Shown here piece after piece: positions 29,328 through 38,233 of a stretch of 64,000 bases of DNA. Source of the DNA: Candidatus Latescibacterota bacterium (GTDB lineage: Bacteria > Krumholzibacteriota > Krumholzibacteriia > WVZY01); assembly GCA_963791045.1 (NCBI GenBank), contig CAWBQK010000009.1:96001-160000 (forward strand), written 5' to 3'. Each line of letters begins with the position of its first letter. Position 1 is the stretch's first letter. Below the pieces are notes generated by a model. The model did not search any database, was not told where the DNA came from, and saw only the letters and a list, made by a program, of their open reading frames with translations. A program made the translations under genes and the position numbers.

Positions 29328-30752
29328 ATGCAGCGTCCTATCAAAAATAGCGACCACCTGGGTCAAAGTGGGACGTCGTCCGCGATCGAACTCGACGACG
29401 GCGCCCGTGTTGCCATAATGGGCGGCGGCCCAGCCGGCTCGTTCTTTGGATACTTCTTTCTCGATATGGCCGAGCGGATGGGTCTCGATGTCGCCGTCGA
29501 CCAGTTCGAACCCAGGGATTTCTCCGGCCTGGGACCGGCCTCGTGCAATATGTGCGGGGGAATCATCTCTGAAACGCTCGTCCAGAATCTCGCCGCCGAA
29601 GGAATCAACCTGCCGTCCACAGTGATCCAACGTGGAATCGACTCGTACGTTCTCCACACGCACGAAGGCAGTGTGCGAATCGACACGCCCCTCCACGAAA
29701 AACGGATCGGAGCGGTCTACCGGGCGGCGGGGCCGCGCGTTCTCAAGGAAAAAAACTGGGACAGTTTCGACGGCTACCTCCAGGGTCTCGCGGCGAAAAA
29801 AGGCGTGCGCATCCGTCCCGAAAAGATTACCGGCATCTCCTGGGAAGATGACAAACCCCATATCAAAACCCGCGACGGTGATTTCGAACCATACGATCTT
29901 CTTGTCGTATCCGTCGGCATCAACTCGACGACACTCAAACTTTTTGCCGACCTCCCGATCGAGTACGAGCCTCCCAAATCGACAAAGACGTTTATTCGCG
30001 AGTACTATTTTGGGCCGGAGGTGATGGCCAAATACCTCGGCAGCTCGATGCACGTTTTTCTCCTCGACATACCCAGGCTCGAGTTTGCCGCGATAATCCC
30101 CAAGGGGGAATGCGCCTCGATATGCATGCTCGGCGAGGACATAGACAAAGCCATGTTGAATAGTTTTCTCGAGTCGCCCGAGGTCCGGCGCTGCATGCCG
30201 CCCGACTGGAAACCCGAAGACAACGCGTGCCAGTGCTCGCCTAAGATCAGCACCAGCGGCGCCGTCAAGCCCTACGGCGACCGAATCGTCTTCATCGGCG
30301 ATTCGGGCGTCACCCGTCTCTACAAAGATGGGATCGGCGCGGCTTACCGGACGGCAAAGGCGGCCGCGTCGACGGCCGTGTTTCAAGGGGTGGCGGAAAA
30401 GGATTTCCAGAAACATTTCTGGCCGGTCTGCAAATCGATAGAGTCGGATAACGCGCTGGGGAGAATCGTTTTTTTCGTGACACGGATCATCCAGAAACAG
30501 AGGATCGCGAGGGATGGTCTCCTGAGAATGGTCGGCGCGGAACAGAACAAGGCGGGTCATCAGCGTCGCATGAGCACCGTCCTGTGGGATATGTTTACGG
30601 GAAGCGCAACCTACAGGGAAGTTTTCAAACGGACCCTTCACCCGGCGTTTCTCGGACGCCTGGGCCTGGACATCGCCCGATCGACCGTGTCCGCGGTGAC
30701 GGGTCGCGGCGGGCCGGAGACGCAACGGACATCCGGGAAGGAGAAAGAGTGA
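29328..30752 (+). CDS. FAD-dependent oxidoreductase (geranylgeranyl reductase-like fold) with CxxCGG motif
   Basis: VAIMGGGPAGS Rossmann motif, SCNMCGGIIS, FIGDSG...DGIG.A. Confidence 0.8.
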   Translation: MQRPIKNSDHLGQSGTSSAIELDDGARVAIMGGGPAGSFFGYFFLDMAERMGLDVAVDQFEPRDFSGLGPASCNMCGGIISETLVQNLAAEGINLPSTVIQRGIDSYVLHTHEGSVRIDTPLHEKRIGAVYRAAGPRVLKEKNWDSFDGYLQGLAAKKGVRIRPEKITGISWEDDKPHIKTRDGDFEPYDLLVVSVGINSTTLKLFADLPIEYEPPKSTKTFIREYYFGPEVMAKYLGSSMHVFLLDIPRLEFAAIIPKGECASICMLGEDIDKAMLNSFLESPEVRRCMPPDWKPEDNACQCSPKISTSGAVKPYGDRIVFIGDSGVTRLYKDGIGAAYRTAKAAASTAVFQGVAEKDFQKHFWPVCKSIESDNALGRIVFFVTRIIQKQRIARDGLLRMVGAEQNKAGHQRRMSTVLWDMFTGSATYREVFKRTLHPAFLGRLGLDIARSTVSAVTGRGGPETQRTSGKEKE

Positions 30753-31120
30753 AATCAGGCGAGCTGGGAAAGACGTTCGAAAAGGGCGAGCGGATCATCA
30801 ACGAAGGCGCCAGGGGAGATTGCATGTATGTGATCCAGGAGGGTGAGGTCGAAATATTCGTCGAGAGAAACGGGGAGGATGTTCGGCTTGCCGTCAGGGG
30901 CGAAGGCGAATTTTTTGGCGAGATGGCCGTTTTCGAACGAGAGGATCGTTCGGCCAGTGTCCGCGCGCTGGGGCATGTCCGCGTGTTGACACTGGACAAG
31001 AAAAACTTTCTCAAACGTATCCAGGAAGATCCTTCGCTCGCCTTCCGCATCGTCCAGACAATGTCGAGCCGCATCCGCGAGTTGAGTGTTGAAGTTGCCC
31101 GTCTAAAAGGCAAGGGCTGA
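30749..31120 (+). CDS. Stand-alone cyclic nucleotide-binding domain protein
   Basis: GTG overlaps the upstream TGA (GTGA); MYVIQEGEV, phosphate-binding cassette FGEMAVFEREDRSASVRA. Confidence 0.9.
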   Translation: MKSGELGKTFEKGERIINEGARGDCMYVIQEGEVEIFVERNGEDVRLAVRGEGEFFGEMAVFEREDRSASVRALGHVRVLTLDKKNFLKRIQEDPSLAFRIVQTMSSRIRELSVEVARLKGKG

Positions 31121-31124
31121 CACG

Positions 31125-34100
31125 ATGATCTGCCCGGTTTGCAAAACCGACAACCCCGGCCACGCTAAGTATTGCCTGTCATGCGGCAAAAATCTCAACT
31201 CGCCTCCCGCGACCCTCTGCAAGAGATGCGGCGAATCGCTTCCCGAGCGCGCAAATTTCTGCTTTGCCTGCGGGCTCCCCCTGTCCGGAACCCCCGGCCA
31301 GGAAAAGATGGACAGCGCGTTCTTGAGAGCCACCGCGACACTCGAGCGACTGATGCCGGCCCAGTACATCAAGCAACTCCTCGCCACAAGCGGGCGCGCC
31401 GTGGGAGAACGACGGGTCGTAACGATTCTCTTTTTCGACATGGAAGGATCCACGACGATGGCCGAGGTCCTCGATCCCGAGGACGTGATGAACATCATGA
31501 ACGCGGCCTTCAAGGCGTTGATCGAACCGGTATTCCGGTACGAGGGAACCCTGGCGCGATTAATGGGCGACGCCATCCTCGCCTTCTTTGGCGCGCCGGT
31601 GGCGCACGAAGACGACCCGGTCCGGGCATGCCGGGCGGCTATCGAGATCATCGACGCCGCGCGGGACTATGCGGACCAGCTCGAACGTGAACGCGGAATC
31701 CGGGGATTCAATGTCCGTGTTGGAATCCACACGGGCCTGGTTGTGGTGGGTGAAGTGGGAACCGACTTTCGAGTCGAATACACGGCGATGGGGGACGCCG
31801 TCAATCTCGCCGCGCGGATGGAGAGCTCCGCCGAACCGGGGACCGTGCTCCTCACCGATGAAACCTTCAAACTCATCGAACCCGTTTTTGACACGGTTGA
31901 TCTCGGTTACATAGACGTCAAAGGCAAGGCCAACCCCGTCCACGTCCATCGCCTGCTCGATCTCAAACCCGAGCCCGCGCCGATTCGCGATATAGCCGGA
32001 GTCCACTCGCCGATGGTCGGACGAGAATCCGAATTGGCGCTGATCGAGGAATCCGTTCACGAGCTACAAAGCGGACGGGGCGGGACCATTGCCGTCACCG
32101 GCGATCCCGGGTTGGGAAAAACACGGCTCGTTCACGAGGCGCGCCGCTCGACCGCGGCGGAAATCGACTGGATACCCGGCAGGTGCCTGTCTCACACCCA
32201 GAACATGAGTTTTGGCGCCGCACGAGAAATCCTTTACGGGCTTCTTGGCGCCGACATCTATACGCCGCCCAATGAGGTCGCGGCGGCGCTTCAAAAAAAC
32301 ATCCAAGAATATCAATCCGACGACACGGAGCCCGGCGGCGATTCCCCACTCTTCCCGTACCTTGCGCGTCTTCTCGATCTTCCCCCCGGCGAGGCGGGCG
32401 ATCGAGAGCTTGGGACGATCAATGCGGAGACACTCCGGATAAGGATCCGCGACTCTTTTTGCAGGTTCATATCCATGCGGGCACAAAGAAAACCGCTGGT
32501 TCTCGTTTGGGAGGATCTTCGATGGATCGATCCGTCGTCACTCGAAATTATCGAAGCGCTCATTAGTCGCACAGAGTCCGAACGCCTTTTGATCGTCCTC
32601 GTCTACCGGCTCGATGATACGCGTATCAAGGATTTTCACGAACGTTTGTCAAAAGAGCAGGGCGATCGGTTCAAGGTCGTGACGCTGTGCACATTGAGCA
32701 AACGCGACAGCTCGCGGCTACTCGCCAACTTTCTCCAGGGCAGAAGCCTGCCGGCGAACATGGAACGGTTGATTCTTGAGAGGGCGGAAGGAAACGCATT
32801 TTACCTCGAAGAAGTTCTCCGCTCGCTCCATGAAACGGGCGCTCTCGATCAAACCCCGGGGCGCGCGGACATAAACCGGAATGAAGCGACATTCGATATT
32901 CCAACAACCCTTCACGGCGTCGTTATGGCCCGCGTGGACCGGCTTCACCCCAAGCACAAACAAACGCTCCAGACGGCCGCGGTGATCGGGCGGGCGTTCC
33001 AGCACGGCGTGCTCGATGGGATCGTCGACAAAGATCTAAGAGGCGATCCAACAAAACAATCGCTCGACGAGCTCGTTCAACGCGAGTTTTTTCAAATAAT
33101 AAACCAGGCGGAATCCACGGACACGGGCGTCGCATCGAAGACGGACCGGAATGGTTCACCCGATTCATCCCACGCATTCCAGCTGCACTCAAGCGGCACG
33201 AGCGGACAGGCGGCTTTTCTCGAAACGGAGTATTCGTTCAAACACGCGATGACCGCGGAAGTCGCATACGAGAGTCTTCTCAAATCCCAGCGCCGCAGTC
33301 TCCACAAACGCACGGGAGAACTGATCGAGAAATACGCGCCCGAACGCCTCGACGAACTCTCGGCGATCCTCGCCCATCATTTCCGTCATGCCGGCGAGTT
33401 CGAAAAAGCGTACCGGTACATGACCCGATCGGCGATACGCGCCGCGAGCGTATTCGCGAATGAAGAAGCCGTGTCTTGTTTTTCGCAAGCACTCGCTCTG
33501 GCCGAAGAGACAGGACCTCTCGCGGATGCAAGTGGCCCTCTCGACCCCTCGCCGGCATCGATCCACGAATCCCTCGCCGACGTATACTACGTCACCGGGC
33601 GGTACTCTGAAGCGGCAGCACAGTTCGACCTGGCGTTAGTCACCATCGGCGGCTCCCCACACCGCGTTACCCTGCTCCGCAAGAAGGGCCAGGTCTACGA
33701 GAAATGGGGCAAGTATGCGGAGGCGAAGGCTCACTTCGAAGCCGCGCTGGATCTCATGAGAAAGCCCCTGGACACGATCGAGGCGGCCCAGATCTATTCG
33801 GGGTTGGGGCTCGCCAGTTATCACGAGGGCAATCTCGATGAAGCCGTCGACCTGGCGGCGCTTGCGCTCGAGATGATGGAAACCGTCGAAAACGCCCGCG
33901 GGATCGCCCAGGCGACGAGCAACCTCGGCGTCGTCTATTTCAAAAAAGAGGATTGGAAAAACGCGCGTCATTATCACGAACGATCGGTAGAAATCTTTGA
34001 CGGGGCCGAGGATATTTTTGGACTTGCCGCCGGTTACAACAACCTCGGCCTGGTCGCGCTCCGCGAAGGTCAGTGGGACGCCGCGCGCGCACATCTCGAA

Positions 34101-34301
34101 AAGAGCCTGGAGTTGTTTCAAAAACTCGGAAACAAACACGGCACGGCGAGAATCTATGATAACCTTAGCCAGGTATTCTCGGAGATGGGGCGGAAGGACG
34201 AGGCCATCGACTACATGAAGAAAGCGGTAGCGATTCTCGCCGATATCAGCACGGAAGAGTCCGGACCGTCTCCGGAAATGTGGCAGTCCGGCGCGTGGTA
34301 G
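31125..34301 (+). CDS. Class III nucleotidyl cyclase with double zinc ribbon, STAND/AAA ATPase and TPR repeats
   Basis: Four CxxC pairs; FFDMEGST, MGDAILAFFG, GDAVNLAAR; Walker A GDPGLGKT, Walker B LVLVWED; C-terminal TPRs. Confidence 0.92.
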   Translation: MICPVCKTDNPGHAKYCLSCGKNLNSPPATLCKRCGESLPERANFCFACGLPLSGTPGQEKMDSAFLRATATLERLMPAQYIKQLLATSGRAVGERRVVTILFFDMEGSTTMAEVLDPEDVMNIMNAAFKALIEPVFRYEGTLARLMGDAILAFFGAPVAHEDDPVRACRAAIEIIDAARDYADQLERERGIRGFNVRVGIHTGLVVVGEVGTDFRVEYTAMGDAVNLAARMESSAEPGTVLLTDETFKLIEPVFDTVDLGYIDVKGKANPVHVHRLLDLKPEPAPIRDIAGVHSPMVGRESELALIEESVHELQSGRGGTIAVTGDPGLGKTRLVHEARRSTAAEIDWIPGRCLSHTQNMSFGAAREILYGLLGADIYTPPNEVAAALQKNIQEYQSDDTEPGGDSPLFPYLARLLDLPPGEAGDRELGTINAETLRIRIRDSFCRFISMRAQRKPLVLVWEDLRWIDPSSLEIIEALISRTESERLLIVLVYRLDDTRIKDFHERLSKEQGDRFKVVTLCTLSKRDSSRLLANFLQGRSLPANMERLILERAEGNAFYLEEVLRSLHETGALDQTPGRADINRNEATFDIPTTLHGVVMARVDRLHPKHKQTLQTAAVIGRAFQHGVLDGIVDKDLRGDPTKQSLDELVQREFFQIINQAESTDTGVASKTDRNGSPDSSHAFQLHSSGTSGQAAFLETEYSFKHAMTAEVAYESLLKSQRRSLHKRTGELIEKYAPERLDELSAILAHHFRHAGEFEKAYRYMTRSAIRAASVFANEEAVSCFSQALALAEETGPLADASGPLDPSPASIHESLADVYYVTGRYSEAAAQFDLALVTIGGSPHRVTLLRKKGQVYEKWGKYAEAKAHFEAALDLMRKPLDTIEAAQIYSGLGLASYHEGNLDEAVDLAALALEMMETVENARGIAQATSNLGVVYFKKEDWKNARHYHERSVEIFDGAEDIFGLAAGYNNLGLVALREGQWDAARAHLEKSLELFQKLGNKHGTARIYDNLSQVFSEMGRKDEAIDYMKKAVAILADISTEESGPSPEMWQSGAW

Positions 34302-34356
34302 CACGCGGTCGAGAGGACTCGTCGCGACACTCCGTGGCAAAATCAGGGAGAGACAA

Positions 34357-34725
34357 ATGACTGTGTTCGAGGTTCTTCTCTTGGGTCATGTCATTGGCGA
34401 CTGGCTTCTCCAAAACGAGTGGATGGCGCTCAACAAGGGCAGCAACTGGCCGGCGCTACTCTCTCATGTTGCCGTCTACCACATTGTGGTTGGTGCTCTC
34501 CTCGGTCTTAAAATGGGATTCTCTTACATGCCGATCTATCCCGTCGTCGCCGTCCTTGCCGTTTTTCATATCATTCTCGATCGGCAGCACTTTGTTTATT
34601 GGGTCATGAAACACTTACGAATCATCGTCGACCGGGAGCCCGAACGCTGGCTTTCCGTGGCGGTCGACCAATCCCTCCATATTGTGTTGCTCGCCGCCGC
34701 AACAATCTATCTCGTTGGGTTTTAA
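34357..34725 (+). CDS. DUF3307 family membrane protein
   Basis: LLGHVIGDWLLQ..WMA..K, HVAVY, HIILD, DQSLH. Confidence 0.85.
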   Translation: MTVFEVLLLGHVIGDWLLQNEWMALNKGSNWPALLSHVAVYHIVVGALLGLKMGFSYMPIYPVVAVLAVFHIILDRQHFVYWVMKHLRIIVDREPERWLSVAVDQSLHIVLLAAATIYLVGF

Positions 34726-34854
34726 GCGCCGGCGCCATACGCCTCCACGCATCACTGTCCGGCGGATCGGCGACGGCCCCATCTGGTTGACTTCATATCT
34801 CACTATTTAGCAACTAGTTATGTCGTGGCCGCAGCCCAGCCCAAGCAAATCTCC

Positions 34855-34883
34855 TTGACAGACGATTAAAGCAGTCGTTTAAT
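34855..34883 (+). promoter_or_regulatory. sigma70 promoter overlapped by a putative TetR operator
   Basis: TTGACA-N17-TTTAAT; inverted repeat ATTAAA-N7-TTTAAT (34865-34883). Confidence 0.65.
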
Positions 34884-34909
34884 TCAATCATTCGACAGAG
34901 GAGAATTTC

Positions 34910-35566
34910 ATGGAAGACATTGATACCAAAACACGGATTCTGGACGCAGCTGAGAACTTATTTTCTGACAATGGGTTCAGTGCCGTCTCGCTCAGGGCGG
35001 TCATCAAGGATGCCGGTGTGAACACCGCGTCTGTCCACTATCATTTCGGCTCGAAGGACGGGCTGGTCGCCGCCGTCATCGAACGAAGGGCCACGCCGGT
35101 CAATGCCGAGAGACTCACAATGCTGGACGACATCGAGGTAAAACATCCGACAGGCCTCCTTCCGCTCAAACCCGTTCTACAGGCATTTATCTTACCCATC
35201 GTGAGACTTAGACGGGGTTCTAGAACTGAGAAACCTATGTTCGCCCGTTTGATGGCGCGGCTTCTCCACGAACCCGATCCGATGGCCGCCGAAATCGTTC
35301 ACAAAACCTTCGCCGAGGTATTTTCCCGGTTTGCTCTCGCATTCGGCCGGGCGCTGCCCGAACTCCCTCCGGCAGAAATCTATATAAGGGTCCATTTCGC
35401 TGTGGGCGCGATGGCATTTTCCGTAGCGGGTCCGCAATTTTTTGACAATTTTGGTCCCGAGGGGGCTCTCGCCGACGGTTCACATGTCGTGGCGAGCCTG
35501 GTCGATTTTGTTGAGGCGGGGATGCGGACTCCCGTCGTTGAAAATGTCTTTGGGGGTAATCAATGA
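34910..35566 (+). CDS. TetR/AcrR family regulator
   Basis: TKTRILDAAENLF...GF..VSLR.V...AGVN.ASVHYHFGSKD. Confidence 0.95.
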   Translation: MEDIDTKTRILDAAENLFSDNGFSAVSLRAVIKDAGVNTASVHYHFGSKDGLVAAVIERRATPVNAERLTMLDDIEVKHPTGLLPLKPVLQAFILPIVRLRRGSRTEKPMFARLMARLLHEPDPMAAEIVHKTFAEVFSRFALAFGRALPELPPAEIYIRVHFAVGAMAFSVAGPQFFDNFGPEGALADGSHVVASLVDFVEAGMRTPVVENVFGGNQ

Positions 35567-37029
35567 TCCGTTGCCTGATAATACTCACCGCCGCGATATT
35601 GGCCTTCGGGTGCGCGTCGCCCCCCCAGCGCCAGTACCCGAACGTACAGGTGGAAGCACCCGACACCTGGACGGCGGTCGAAACGGCGGACACCTTTTCG
35701 AGCGTCGTGGACACGACGCGCTGGTGGATCGCCTTCGACGACCCGGCCCTCGACGGCCTCGTCGAAGAAGCGCTCGCAAACAATTACAATCTCAAATCCG
35801 CCGTCGCGCGTGTCGATGCCGCCGCGGCAATCGCGCGTATCGCCGGCGCCGATCTATGGCCCCAGGCGAACCTCGGTTTCAACGCCTCGCGCGCACAACA
35901 AAACCTCATCGGCCTCCCAATCCCCGGTTCCGACGGGGTCATTACCACGCGGACGTCATCTTTTGGTGTGTCGCTCGATGTCGGGTGGGAAATCGACTTG
36001 TGGGGCCGTGTACGTTCGGGACAATCCGCCGCGCTCGCCGACTTCGAGGCGAGTTGGGCCGATCTCGCGGGTTTGCGGCTCTCGATTGCCGCTCAAACAG
36101 TGAAAGCATGGTTCGCCCTCATCGAGGCGAGGCTCCAGCTCGAATTGGCCGAGACCACCGTCGCGACTTTCAAGCTTTCCGCCGACCAGGTCCGCAACCG
36201 CTACGAGCAAGGCGTTCGCTCGTCGCTCGATTTGAGACTGGCGCTCGCAAACTACTACGGAGCGGAGGCGCTGCTCGAGACGCGCAAAGAGCAACTCGAT
36301 CGGACCACGCGCCAAATGGAAATCCTTCTCGGACGGTACCCGGCGGGGGCCCTGGCAACCGAGGATGACCTCCCGGTTATCACCGCCACCGTGCCGGACG
36401 GACTTCCCAGCGAGGTACTCATCCGCCGTCCCGATCTTCTGGCCGCTGAACGACGGTTTACAGCAGCTGAAAAACGCGTATCGCAGGCGAGGCGCGCGTT
36501 CTTCCCGCGAATCTCGCTTACCGGGAGCGGCGGCACACTCGCCGGCGAACTCGAGAGCATCGTCAAGGGGGACTTCAGCGTGTGGCGGATCGCGGCGAAT
36601 GTGACCCAACCCATATTTCAGGGGGGAAGGCTCCGTGCGAATCTCGCTCAATCGCACGCGGTGTCCGACCAGATACTCGCCGAATACGCCCTCGCTTTGC
36701 TTACGGCGTTTGGCGAAGTCGAGTCATCGCTCACCGCCGAGGAAATCCTCACACGAAGGGTCGCGGTGACAAAGGAAGCCGCCGAACAGTCAGAGGCCGC
36801 CCGCGTACTTGCCGAACGTGAGTACAACGCGGGGCTCGCCGACTACATCACCGTCCTGGAAACACAACGGCGCGAACTCAATTCTCGAAGCGAACTACTA
36901 ACCGTCCGGCGGCAGCGTCTCGACGCACGCGTCAATCTTCATCTCGCCCTGGGCGGAGGATTTGATTTAAACAAAGAATGGAAACAATTCCTGGAAACAC
37001 AGAATGAATCGGAGGAAACCGGTGAGTGA
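35563..37029 (+). CDS. Efflux outer membrane lipoprotein (NodT/OprM family)
   Basis: Lipobox AFGC; WW..FDDPAL..L..EALANN, WEIDLWG, RRPDL, LALGGG. Confidence 0.95.
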   Translation: MIRCLIILTAAILAFGCASPPQRQYPNVQVEAPDTWTAVETADTFSSVVDTTRWWIAFDDPALDGLVEEALANNYNLKSAVARVDAAAAIARIAGADLWPQANLGFNASRAQQNLIGLPIPGSDGVITTRTSSFGVSLDVGWEIDLWGRVRSGQSAALADFEASWADLAGLRLSIAAQTVKAWFALIEARLQLELAETTVATFKLSADQVRNRYEQGVRSSLDLRLALANYYGAEALLETRKEQLDRTTRQMEILLGRYPAGALATEDDLPVITATVPDGLPSEVLIRRPDLLAAERRFTAAEKRVSQARRAFFPRISLTGSGGTLAGELESIVKGDFSVWRIAANVTQPIFQGGRLRANLAQSHAVSDQILAEYALALLTAFGEVESSLTAEEILTRRVAVTKEAAEQSEAARVLAEREYNAGLADYITVLETQRRELNSRSELLTVRRQRLDARVNLHLALGGGFDLNKEWKQFLETQNESEETGE

Positions 37030-38233
37030 GAAAAAACTTAAGATAATCCTGCCTGCGGTTATTCTGATCGTTGCGATTATCGTCACCGTCGCGATGATGA
37101 AATCGCGCGCGCCCGTCGGCACGCGACCACCCCAGGATTTCGCGCCGCTGGTAAGAGTCGTCAATGCGACACCCGTGACACATCAGTTTTCTGTATGGAC
37201 GAATGGCACGGTCAAGCCACGGACGGAAGCCGCCCTCGTCTCCGAAGTCGCAGGGCGAATCATGGCGGTAGCCCCGTCGTTCGCCGACGGCGGTTTCTTT
37301 GAAAAGGGTGATGTTCTCGTCACGGTCGATCCACGCGACTACGAATTGTCCGTCGTCACGGCGCGGGGTCAGGTGGCACAGGCGAAGGTCCGCGCCGAAC
37401 TCGAAGAAGCCCAGGCTAAAGTCGCCCGAGAAGAATGGAAATCGTTGGGCGGCGGAAAAGAATCGCCTCTCGCGACACGCGAGCTACAGGTGCAGGAAGC
37501 GCGGGCCGGGTATGCCACCGCCGAAGCGGCGCTCGAGAAGGCAGAGCGCGACCTCGATCGCACGCGGATACGGGCGCCCTTTCCCGGCCGTGTCCGTCAG
37601 AAACTCGTCGACGTCGGGCAGTTCGTGTCCCCGGGAATCGCCGTCGCGCACATATTCGCCGTCGATTATGTCGAGGTGCGGCTCCCGATCCCCGATTCCG
37701 ACTTCGCGTTTCTCGACCTCCCCATCAATTACAGGGGAGAAACAAAAAAGCAAACCGGCCCCGAGGTCACGCTCTTCGCCGACTTCGCCGGCAAACGCCA
37801 CAGCTGGACGGGCCGCATCGTCCGTGTCGAAGGCGAAATCGATCCGGTCAGCCGGATGGTTCACGCAATCGCGCAGGTTGACGATCCTTACGGCCGCGTC
37901 GACGGAGAGGAACCGATGCCGCTTGCGATCGGACTGTTTGTCGACGCCGAAATCAAGGGCCGTCAAATCGAAGACGCCGTCGTTATTCCCCGGTCCGCAA
38001 TACGAGGCAAGAACATGGTGTATGTGATTGATGATGACGACCATCTTCGTTTCCGCGAAATAATCATCGCGCGGATGGATCGCGAGAACGCCGTCATCGC
38101 CGGTGGACTCGCCGCATCCGACCGCGTATGCGTTTCGATCCTCGACGCGGTCACCGATGGGATGAGGGTGAGAACCGCGGGAAGGGCCGATGCCGCGGAG
38201 AAGGAAGAAACGGAAGCGAGGACCGACACATGA
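37022..38233 (+). CDS. RND efflux periplasmic adaptor (membrane fusion protein)
   Basis: GTG 37022 with GGAGG RBS; SEVAGRI, FEKGDVL, TRIRAPFPG, DVGQFV. Confidence 0.93.
   Translation: MSEKKLKIILPAVILIVAIIVTVAMMKSRAPVGTRPPQDFAPLVRVVNATPVTHQFSVWTNGTVKPRTEAALVSEVAGRIMAVAPSFADGGFFEKGDVLVTVDPRDYELSVVTARGQVAQAKVRAELEEAQAKVAREEWKSLGGGKESPLATRELQVQEARAGYATAEAALEKAERDLDRTRIRAPFPGRVRQKLVDVGQFVSPGIAVAHIFAVDYVEVRLPIPDSDFAFLDLPINYRGETKKQTGPEVTLFADFAGKRHSWTGRIVRVEGEIDPVSRMVHAIAQVDDPYGRVDGEEPMPLAIGLFVDAEIKGRQIEDAVVIPRSAIRGKNMVYVIDDDDHLRFREIIIARMDRENAVIAGGLAASDRVCVSILDAVTDGMRVRTAGRADAAEKEETEARTDT

Noticed and set aside
29229-30725. 498-aa minus-strand ORF
   Set aside because: Antisense shadow of the flavoprotein gene.
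30749-34301. Canonical Pycsar or CBASS call
   Set aside because: The cyclase is a large zinc ribbon-STAND-TPR type, the cNMP domain has no TIR or TM effector fused, and no CD-NTase is present.
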